Below are positions 18,001-30,354 of a stretch of 56,184 bases of DNA, one piece after another. Made by a program: the position numbers and the translations under genes. Source of the DNA: Priapulus caudatus (Eukaryota); contig NW_014577091.1 in NCBI RefSeq assembly GCF_000485595.1, positions 250,763 through 306,946 on the forward strand, given 5' to 3'. Positions within the stretch are counted from its first letter, which is position 1, and each line of letters opens with the position of its first letter. Below the pieces are notes generated by a model. The model was not told where the DNA came from. It made no database searches and saw only the letters and a program-made list of their open reading frames with translations.

Positions 18001-21000
18001 GAATTCAGTCTTTGACATGCTAAGCTTTGTGCCAAATGACCTTCGCATTTAGACTTGCACGTTCTATATACCTGTGCTGGGCGCATACACTATGACACGT
18101 TACCTTCACTTGAGCATAATCAGAGCCGATCTCGATGCTCTCCGGTGTTGCGAGTGGTGCCGCTTTCATCCTGCTGTACTGTACTGTAGAGTGCGTGCCT
18201 GGCTTTGTGTCGCGCACTGTCCACTTCTGAATGGCGTCTGTCACCTGACCGAAGTTCCGCAAGTCCAACTTCCCAGGCTGCATCAAGAAAATGTATAAAA
18301 CGAAGTTCAACTATGCTGGACATTCTCACTGCAAACCTGTTCACCAAACTTCACCAATGTATAAAATACGTCCAATATAACCGACGTGTTACCCTAATAT
18401 AACCAATACAAAAGTGTTGCAGTACACAGGATTGAATATCGAGTGGTAGATATGGTACCCCTAGACATATATTGCAGGCGTCCTATATTACCTTGGGTTT
18501 TAATGGTGGCTTTACTGGCTTGCCTGGTTGGGGCTGATCCTTACGTCCATACGTTTCATAGATGACACTGTCTGCCCAGCCCTCTTTGTCATTTTCATTC
18601 AAGTTGTTGTCTACCCATCCTTCTATGTACACACATAGATGAAATAATATTATATTAGATCACTCTGTATTTACTAACATACTTTTACTAACATTTTCCT
18701 AAAAACAAGTTAATGCACAGTCCGAATTCATGATTTTTTTAAAGTCATATGAAATAAAGTTGTACGAAAATTTAAGGCACATGCACCTCCCTATTGTAAT
18801 TATAATAATAATTACAGCGGTACATGTAATTAGAAAATTTCTTCTTCTCAAAGGCAACTGAAAAACATCACACACAACATTCAACTATAGTTCTTCTCAA
18901 TTTCCTTTGAATGATCACACATGTAATATACATAGGAGAAAATATGCTTTCACAGAACGTAATGCTATTGTGAAATCAGGTCAGCATAAAACAAAACAAA
19001 ATCCATAACAATAAAATTATAAATCACACTAGAATCATCCGAATCAAATACCAAGCATCAATCTGTGCTGAAAGACACACCTAGAAAACAAACTGAACAT
19101 AGGTGAGAATATTGTCGCCGACAAAAGAAAACAAAGCAACGGCTGAAAAACTCCAAAATCGAACACGTCAAATAACCCGTGTGAATATTCGTGCACAACT
19201 TAGAGAGATCAGGAATGAAACCACAGGAAAATTGAGTGTGTACCCTCTTCCCTGACAGGGGCCTGCTGTTCAGGCATCTGCTTTGCCGGTGACGTGGGGC
19301 TTGTGCTGGCGCTGGGCATGGTTGAAGCTTTCTGCAGCTTTCTGCCTGCTGCTGGCCCAGTGTTGCTCAGCTGTGGCAGGGTGGCTGGGAAACCAATACA
19401 CAGCCTTGCTCATTAAGAAGGCCTCAGCTAGTCAACTACCACTAAAACACACCAGCGTGCACATACATACAAACATAATAGGTTGCTATTCACTGACAGA
19501 AGCCACCATTGCCAGCATGAAGCAACAAGTCAAGTAATCACCTATGTTGATGCAACTCCTCATAACTAAGGCCTATAAAAGATTAGGCTGCAGTAACATA
19601 CTTTGAACAACAAATCTGCGTATTTACCCCTGATATCTCACATACGCACTCATTCATGCACTTCTGCCGCACGTGCATCGTTTAACCCGAGGGCTATTTA
19701 ACTGTTCTTTAGCTTGCTAACAACCCGCGAGACAAGCCGCACTTACGGTAACATCCCAGTTGGCCTACACCCATTTCGCCTACTCCCATTTCGTCTCCTC
19801 TCAGAATCGGCAATATTCCCATTTCGTACTGTATTTTCTATCTTTGTCAAGTTATGTTCTCATTATTTATACCTATGTTTTTCATCTGGTTCCTGTAGTC
19901 TATGTATGCCAATCAAAACCATGTTTTATTATTTATAAATGATTATTTAGTGAACAAACCGATCGTAGACGAAATGGGAATGGGGTAGATTTTGAGCGTA
20001 GACGAATTGGGAGTAGGCAAAATGGGTGTAGGCCAACTGGGAATTTTGCTGTAGGCAAAATGGGAATTTTGCCATAGGCGAAATGAGAGTAGGCCAACCG
20101 GGAATAAACCGTACTTACAGCTGCACCAACACACTCACATGCGACTGGCAAACGACTGGAAGCACTACGCAAAGTTGACCGAGAACTGCCATTAACTAGT
20201 CCGAGCACACACCGCTAAAGACATTTGTGACCCGCTCCAGCAAAACCAGGATTAAGTAGGAAATTCAATTACCTTTACCTTAAGTAGGAGATAATTTAAT
20301 TACCTTTAAAATGATATATAATATTTGGCTATATCTAAAGAATTGACCGATCTACAGCAATTTGAAGATCGGAAACCGACTTATTCCGGAATATGCAGCT
20401 TTTGAGATAAAGCGTTCCGGGTAAGGGGCCCAGTCGGGGATGAGCGGTCAGGGGCCCTTGAAATTTTTTTTTTTTCTTAATTAAAAATGACCAAAATAAT
20501 CTAGAGATATATCCGGATTAAATATGCACTTAGGAACTTATTTTTGTAAAGATCTCATTTTTGTCCAGGTAGGCCATTTTCAGCATTGACATGTGTGTGT
20601 GCTCATTACTCAAAACAATGACTTGCGACTTAGTCCGTATTATGCTGGAGCGGGTCACATTTGACGAATGTGACATTTATTATGCATTATTGCCTATCTG
20701 TGAAGCAACTCGGTAGGTCGTACAGCAAAATCCCGACTATCCGGCACTCTATGCAACGGCACCAAAAGAAGAGCATTAGCCAGTGCAATGAAAACCAAGG
20801 GTGTTCCAACCAATTTTAGAATAAGGCTTTACAATAAACGAAGTACATGTAATTAAATAATACACAATGTAAAATGTTATGTAAATTGTGCATGCATGCG
20901 TGCGTGCCTGCGTGTGTGCGTGTTCTGTAACAGATTATAGCTCTATTTGCTCTTGTAATTGCAATCTCTGCAAAAGGTGGCAAGTTTCCTATTATTAAAA

Positions 21001-24000
21001 ATAATTCCGCTGTATCAAATTACTTTTATTTTTATATATATAAAATATTCAACCTATAACGCACCCCAGTTTATTAGGGTGCCGGATAATCGAGTTTACT
21101 AAACAAAGAATTATAATCAAATTGGGTAAAATCAACAGGTACGACCATAAAAACCATAAAAACAGCAGCTACTAAGAAAAAAAGTATTCCAGCCTCAGTG
21201 AAATGTGTCTGTACGAATTGATACTCGTGACTCAAATAAATGGCACCCACAAGTTTCATTAATTAACAAGCGACTCAAGGCATTCGAGCGAAAAACCTGC
21301 CACTCATATAAGGTACTGCCTCAGCAGCATACAAGCCCCAAAGCTGAAGATTACAAGGCCATTATTGGATCTAGAGTTAGTTATGAGGCCATGCACATAA
21401 ACTTCATCGCAACCAATCCTGACACGTTTTCATGCATGTTGCATATATAACCTATTTGCATGTTGCATCGAATCGGATACATGCCATGTATGCCAATATT
21501 CGCCTACTTTACACAGCAGTAAGTGTAACAACTTCATTCATCGCATCATAGGTTTCACAACTTCATTAATAATTATAAATGTTAACCTCGATCAAGAGAA
21601 TTAAATATTTTTTTCTTTGTTGGCAAGCTGCACTTTCTCATGTAAGTTCATACGTCAATGGATAAATGCAGCTAAAAAATACCAATGTTCAATATGGGGA
21701 AATTATTGGGCAGTAGGCAGCAGTTTAAATTGTGGCAGCGTAGAGACTCCACATCATTAAACGCACGTACACACACATTCGCACGCACACGCACGCACGC
21801 ACGCACGCACACACGCACACGTACTGACCACACACGCACGCACGCACGCACGCAAACACGCACGCACACACACATGCACCCACACTCTCTTACGTGCTCA
21901 TCACGCACGCGAACATGCACATGCACGCACACACGCTCACGCTCACGCGCGAGCACATACGCATCAACGCCCACGAGACAGTAGGAGTAATTCTTACTGC
22001 ACCAGTCTGCGGTTAGTACTGCAGAACAGAGACAAGATAGAAGCAGCCTCCAGAGGTTCGAACGCAAATAAAACACGAAAGAAAAGAAAAAACGTTATGC
22101 GCGTGCACCTAACTCTACGTCGTGCAAGGGAAGCATAAGATGCATGGGGCGGCATGCAAGCACATCCGACCACGTGCGCTCGTGCCAAAAACTAATAAGA
22201 GTCTGCACAATCGGGCGGTCGTTACCATCCTCATTGTCGTCTCTTCGATCGTCGCCCTCTGTCGCTAATTTCATGCTGTTAGACTTGCGGAACTGGTAGT
22301 GAGCGCGCGTGCGCGGCACCGTGCCGACGACACTGCACACCGTGCGTGGCGCACGCGTCGCCGCTAGCCCTATGAACGTTCCCCCGGTGAAGGACTGACC
22401 CATGGGGCCGCCTGCGCCGTGGCTGCCCCGCGGCGACGTGTGGAACGTGTTCTCCGTTAGGGAGGTGCTCAGGGAGGAGTCGGACTGCTCAGCTGCAGTG
22501 CTGCTACCGTGGAACCGCGATGTGTCTATGCACGGGTACGACTTCCTATACTGATCTGCACCCACACAGACAGGAGGAGAAACCAGTTAGCCGACGGTGG
22601 AGATCAAACCCCGTGGTGAAACGGCGAATGGATTCTATATACGAGCGAGTGAGACAGCAAGCAACTGGTCAAATGCGTTCACTAGAGCAAGTGGTTGTAC
22701 GTTAAGTGAGCCTTTACAATGCTGTGCAAGAAATTAAAGTGATTCTGCAAGAGGTCAAAACAGCAATTTGTTATGAAATGAACAGCAACACTAAGAGTTA
22801 GTATAATAACACTACATCAATTAAAATTATGAAGTGGCTCTTGAGTTAAAAGCACACGGGTAATCAAATTTGATCATCTGCTTTGATCTACACTCATGAA
22901 CATCAATGATTGCAATAGCTGAATCACAAGAGAGCATTCAAAATTCAGAAAACTTTTGGAACATGGTATCACATGAAAACGGTAATATACAACTTATAAC
23001 ACTGGAGGAAGATTAAACTTACGGATTAAAGAGTCCATATTTAACTCGTGTGGGCTTGACATTTTTAGGCGTATGTTTTATACGAATTTTGCTACACGTT
23101 GAGTAGTAATGTTAGGTTATATCTAGGCTGCTTTTTAAGTTATACCAAATGGAGTATTTCATGCCAGTCGTGCAATAAATGTTAGTGTTTAACGTATCAA
23201 TATACATTCTGCCAACTACGTATTTCATTATTAAAATTATGAACTATTATTTTAATTATTCACTTATTATTTCATTGGTTAAAGATTAATTGCCAGGTTT
23301 TAGAACATTATCACAATCCCTTTCACGAACAACATAAAATTCCAAGTTGGGGAATTGTATTATCTTTTAACAGTACTAAGGTCAACAGACGTATTGTTCA
23401 CACCCTAATTACACTTCATGCAATAATAAATAACAAATAAACAAAAAGGCACAATATAACATCACCTCTGGAATAAGTTTGCCACCACTTCCCTTTCTAC
23501 ATTCATTGAAGGTTTTTCTACATTTGTTTAAGCTTATGTTAGCTCTGCCCATATGCATCAACCCATTCTAAATTGTTTTCTATGTAGTGGCACAGCAAAA
23601 GCTAACTGAAGGGAGACTAAAGGTTTCCTGTGTAAAATCCGGTATAACGTTTAAATTAATTGTGTTGATATTATGACGATATCGGTAGTCCATAGTATAT
23701 TCCGCTGATTTGAGCAAAAAACAACATTGCTACTAATATAATTCACAACAAACATCATCAACAACTCTGAAAAACTTATAAAAACAGTATAACTAGAATA
23801 ACAAATATATAATAATCAAACGTGTAATCTGTGACGTAAACGTTGTTGCGTGCTTACCACGTAAGAAAATTGCATGCACACGGCAGACCAGTGTTAGACA
23901 TGAGTAACTCAGTCATATCTCTACTACGGTCAATACTAATTTAGTCGAAATCACTCCACCTCACTCACAATGTACACCAAGCATTAATCGTTCCTCATAA

Positions 24001-25579
24001 ATTTGATAGCCAACTTCTGCCGATACCTAACTCAATTGATCATTTAGAAATCAGCCCAGCTTCACGTGTGATGTGTAATAGTCACTGCACTATATACATC
24101 ACGGCAATTTGTGGTTCTACGAATCTCTCTACTTCATTATTACCACAAGTATAATAAAGTGGGAGCTAAGCATGTAAGCAATCCGGCATACAATATTATA
24201 CGTCAGGCAAGCGATTGTGTTAGAGACGTGCTCTAGCTTATAAGGCATTTACGAACATTACTATGACAGTTATGAAACAATCCTGGTCAGGTAGGGAAGG
24301 TATGCAGTGTAGTAGCCCAACTAAACATCCCTAGATGGCAGATATGCAGTAACTTTTCAAACAGGAAGAACAATGCACAATCTCACTGCAAACAAAGCAG
24401 CATTTACAAAGTTTTCGATGCAAAAACAGTGCACTGCGACAACCCACCAAACTTTTCAGCCAATGACTTCCAACTCATTTCCAGCAGTTTGGTTGGTGAT
24501 AATAAAACAGGGGACCTGCTCTTAGGAAATGTGTTCACTGAGAAATCTGAAAGGCAAACCATACTAACCTAATGCTCACAGATTGCACACAGGTGTTTAA
24601 ATACTGGCCTCTACGTGAGGACAGGGTGTGTAAAATCCTTTACACTAGGTCAGAAATAGATGGCAGCATTTGTACACCAAGTAACGTATTGTCAAATTAA
24701 TAAACAAACAAACCGTAGATGTAAATGGTCACCTGTATAGAATATCCACCCCAATAATCGTAATCTTTAGTCGTGTAAAAAAGGTTATAGAAAAATTTGA
24801 CGAGAATTAAAGTGTCAATATCTATGTGACACAGTTCAATTATGATACTTAACGTCAAACTAAAAAAAATTTGCCATTGTTCCATCTGAATAGAGCCTAT
24901 CATTCCATTACTATCCATTTCACATGTTACATTTATTGGAACATCTGCGTGTCCTGAAGAGTGGAAGTACCTTAATTTCAGCCGCTTTCAAATGACCTGA
25001 AGTATTTTGACTTTCTCTCAGTGGAACTAGCCTAAGCTACCCTGAATGACTCCATTGCACACGCAACGACCTGAGATCCCTGAACATTCTACATTTTATA
25101 TTCACAGACATACACACACGCGAGCGTGTGCACGGACACGCACATTTTAAAGCAATTACAATAAGCCTTTTAAATCTGTGATAACGTTACTGCTGGGCAA
25201 TGAGGTATCCAGTTACTCACAGACCAGTGCCACAAATATGCAACAGAACTTGCTTCGAATTGGCAATATTAAACGAATCCCGCTATTTGTTTTTAGGGCA
25301 ATGACTCCATGAGGACTGTCACAAAATTTAAATGTGTAATGTGGCGTAAAGTTATACAACACAGGTGACAAAATCAAAACACTAACCACACGGTGACCGC
25401 CACCACCACTCCCATAACGATAGAACAAAAAACTCACAATAACTAAATCCCAACCTATACAGCTCATATTTGAAATGAATCTTAGGATACGGTTTCTCCA
25501 ACAGAAGCGTGCCAACGACATGAAATTTCCTCTGGCTGCACATCCCTGCAGAGTAAGCATAACCTGCAGATGCCCACCA

Positions 25580-25665
<86 letters not shown>

Positions 25666-28600
25666 GTGGTCACTCAGCCATTCATGTACATACCTGCATA
25701 CATGCTCCTGCGCTGCCGGAGCTGACTGGGTCGTATCAGTTGGTCGCGGTCATTCACTGGTCTGACGTCTGTGTACAGCAGACTGTCATCGACAGAACTG
25801 TACATCTCAAGGCTCTCGCTGCCATCATACGACGGAGACGGCAACTCCGCCTCATCAGCACTGTACTGACCATCTTCATGAGGATTCAGAGCTAGGTTAT
25901 CATAGTCGCCAGCACTGGAAGATACACAGGACATCGAAAAGTTTAGCTATAGGGATTCAAGGCTAGGTTATCCGTCACTAGCACTAGGCGACGAAGGATG
26001 AACTAGGTTAAACATCAAAAGCGTAGTGACACGTGTCAGCAGGCAGCAAGCAAATTTACTGGAATTTCATTATTACAGATTTGAACATGGTAAAGAAACA
26101 ATTTAGAACAATAGCAGTGTCAACATACTTTCCGTTTTGGTCAGATTTGGAAGGTATTTTAGGAATTGCCACAGGAATTGAACCAGATGGTCGTTTTTCC
26201 AGGGGTGACACTAGTGCCACTTGAAGTTGATGGGGAAGAGGCTCCATATCAGCCATTCGCAGTCTATACAATCCCTCTACTTCCTGTTTCCTATCCCATG
26301 CCTCTTTGAAAAATGGTGTGTATGTGGCTGCTGCAAATTTGAGTACACACCAAATAAGTAACATGCAAAGTAATCAACCACATACATAACCTGGAAAGCC
26401 TACAAAAGTATCATGGCTCATGCATTATACAAGGAACAAATATATAAATTCAATTGAATGAATATCATCTATCCATTAGGTTAGTGAATATGTTCACATC
26501 ACACAGAAATAATCATAAATCACGTCCAAATGTTTATCATGAAGCACATACTTATAAATCCTCACCTTCCTCCCCTAGAGATCGATGTGCCACGATACCC
26601 GCTTACTGAACAATTGCATAACAAACGCAATTTTCGGTTAAAAAACTCACTCTGCTCCTGGAAGTTTGTAGAAGTCGTGAGGAACCTGGCTCCTAGCTGG
26701 TCGGCAAGATTGTTGCCATCCGTGATGAGAAACTGACTGTACTCATTGTTGAAGAACGCGAAGGCACCTCCACTCTCAGTCACAGCCACGATAAGCAGAG
26801 GCACATTCGGTCCCATGCCGCCCGTGAATGACCTGTGGAGGGCCATGGTCAGTAAGTCACAAATAAATGATTATACAGCAAATATGTATAGGCAGACACC
26901 TCTCTACAAGAGACACCTGCCTATAAATGTCATTATTTAAATTATCTCTTGATACATTATATAGTAAATAATTATGTAGTTGAATATACAGTGAAATTAT
27001 CATTATGTAATAGACACCTGTGTATAGATGACATTTTGGCCAAAATGCCTGTGTCGCAGTCATACACAAAAACGAAGTCTACAGAACACACACTTCTCCA
27101 TCTTTTAATACAATTTAAAGCTAGGGAAAAGCCATATTTGGGAGAGGATGTCATTTATTTCAGCAGGGTAGGTAATGAGAATTTAGAAATTAAAATAAAA
27201 TCATCGGTTAAATGAAGACGGATTTTTGCTGTTACCACACAAGTATTGTTGGCGATGTAATAAAATTTTTGAAATTCTCAGCAATTCAAACACAAATATC
27301 TACTTAAATGATATAATTGTGATATAATAATATTCCAGAAATGTCGTACAACACATGTGACTTTTAAAATCCAATATTTTCTGTTTTTGAAATGAAACTC
27401 AGAAAAAGTAGATCTTATACTTAGTAGAGAAAAAAACATGCACAAACTACATCACTTGATTTCTTGAAGATTTTCACAAAATAAAGTGTATCCGTTACAG
27501 AAAAGCACATATCGCAGTTTGCTCACTTTAGCACAGCCAATGAAGCCTTGCGCTTGGCAGAATAGACAAGTACGAAGCCGTGGCAGAGTTCGTCGCGGAG
27601 AGGCCCGGCTGCATGGTATGACGTAACAAGCACTTCAACCTGGAAGACACACGTCTCACATCAATCATACACACATTCAACTGTCATCGATATCAATGCG
27701 GTGAATGTTGTCAAAGAGAATGATTAATGTTACCACAACACTGCAATGTGATGAGCAAACAGATTAGAATAAGTTTCCACCAATTGTTCTAGCCATGTCA
27801 GACTGATGTAGGATATCAACATTAAATAAGCAAGAAGGAAACGTTATGTTGAGCATAGTTTAGATACTTCTCCTACAGACACCAAGCATTTACGTTTCTA
27901 ACATTACATTTGATAACGAGTGTGAAATTACATCCATGAACATACGAATAAATGCTATCCGGAACATTTAGCTAATCGTACTGAACAAAGATTAATGTAA
28001 TAAATCCAATAGATTTAACTGGGGTATCTAAAAGGAACTACACTTCATCATATGCAAGACATGAGATACCACAGAACGTACCTTTCGTTTGGAATCCCCT
28101 AAGAACGTCTCTAGAGTGATGCAGTTTTCTGAACCGATGTAGCAACACTGGTGACGAAGTAAGGGGCCCAGCACTAACTCCGCAGGATACGGATCTCCGC
28201 ACATCATACAGAAAGTGATCCTGTAAATGATTTCACTCCCAATGGAAAAACAGCCAACACACGACACGTCTGACACTCGCCATCCACGCGCATCAATCCT
28301 ACATTTCTGCCGGGTCAAGTCCGCAAATATGACCAATTTTAATTAATATAACACCATATGGCATATACCACATAGTTCATCCAATTTATAACTCAAGTTT
28401 GCAATGATAAAACTTGAAAAACAAGAAAATATGTGTAACCTGATATCTGGCTCGATGCTCTCACTAAGGCCCTGATAGGGATTCACGAATCCGGCCCTGT
28501 AGCGAATGCTCTCCACGAGGGCCCTGAGTGCTGTTGCTACCTGATCCTCTGAGAACCTTTGTCCTGGATGGTGGAACTCATCAGGCAGGTTATCAATGAA

Positions 28601-30274
28601 TGGACACTGCAAACTGGTAAACAGAGTGAACGCATGTGAATTAACATCCGTCCAGTCTATGAAGAGTAGTACAACAATTACAATAAATGGGCATATAGCT
28701 AATGTAGCATGTCTATAATGTCGTTACTATCCACCACATCAATTTTATTACCCTTTGACAAGATTACATTACGACCGCACAAATGCAAACACACTCCGTT
28801 TCGACAAGTACCTATCAGATAGATGCTGGCCCTCCTCCCGTAGAAGCATGAAGTCTTTCTCATTATAGTTTAGATCACAGGCAAATACAACCACTATAGG
28901 CAGTCCTTGGAATGGCAGTCCATCTTCTCTGTCAACATTGGCTAACAGCGTCTTCTGCAAGCTATCCTGAATGTACTCCAGTGATGAGAGGGAGTTGTAG
29001 ATACAGAAGCAGCCTGTGTCGCATAAATTGTTTACCATAAGCACATAAAATACTAAAATTTCATTACACGTTTGATCATCTCCACCTTATCATCATACGT
29101 TTAATAGAAATACCACTACGCTAACACTGAAAGTTTACTCGTGAACTGCAGTTTTACTGCAGTTTCATGATATTACAGATCTAGAATTTTACGTAGTTTA
29201 TTTAGTATATTTCCATGACCCCGACCACTCATGATCCCGAACTTCTGTCACATCCCTAAATTGTTACCATAATTTAACATAGGTCTTTATACTGTGAAGC
29301 ATGTACTTTATTTGCATGGAACACTAAACAAACATCTATGATCAATCCAGCAGCACGCACCATGAGGAAGGAAGTCAGTAGTCCTGAAGGCATTTTGTGG
29401 TCGACTCACATCACCATCTATTGGCCGATAGTCTAAACTGTAGATCGTGTCGTCAATCGTGTACTCATCATCTATACACTGTGCCTGTAACAATTACAAC
29501 GATATATTACAGGCCATGATAACACAGAGCAAATTAACTCCATTAACAGCATTAAAAGACATTATCATTGACTTCACAATAAAAGGCATGTTATCATGAG
29601 ACTGAGACTATGTTACCATCATCATGAGGCTGATACATGCCTTTAAATGACTACATAGCATGTTTCAATAACATTTGTTTTTGTAGCTTGAAAGGTCACT
29701 GGAAAGCAAATGCATTATTTTTTTTAACATTGCACAACAATACCACACATGATTGTCAGGATCAATTGTGTAGACAGGTAGTATGTTAGCATACCCGAAT
29801 TTCATTTATAAGTTCATCAGCCAGTCTGTCAATGCCCAGGAAAATGAGATTCAGCTGGCTGTTCTGTGGCTCGAGCAAAAACTGATTGTTTGTTGTCCAC
29901 GACGTTGGTCTGAAATAAAGACGAAGAAAGAAGATCTAGTGAAACACGCTTATGCACATCTTCCTAGGTTATCAATAACACCTTGTACGTTAATAGTATA
30001 TGCACACAACTGTACAAAAAACGTATATATACATCCAGTAATACCTGTGTTAGTGGATACATCTATGTAATAGACACCTGTCTATAAAGGGATTTCAGCA
30101 TTCCCATTGAGTGGAAGCTTTACAGTAATACCAGCTCTATAGAATAGACACCCCTCTATAAAGGACTTTTGGGGTTTCCACTGAGTTACACAAGTTTGTA
30201 TATGTACACACACCCGTGCGTGCACACGCACGCACGCACGCACACACACACGCACGCATGCACACAGACATAGA

Positions 30275-30354
<80 letters not shown>

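Noticed and set aside
25213..25662. 149-aa intronic ORF ending near a phase-1 GTGAGT donor
   Set aside because: It starts in a microsatellite, I found no phase-compatible acceptor, and it resembles no known protein.
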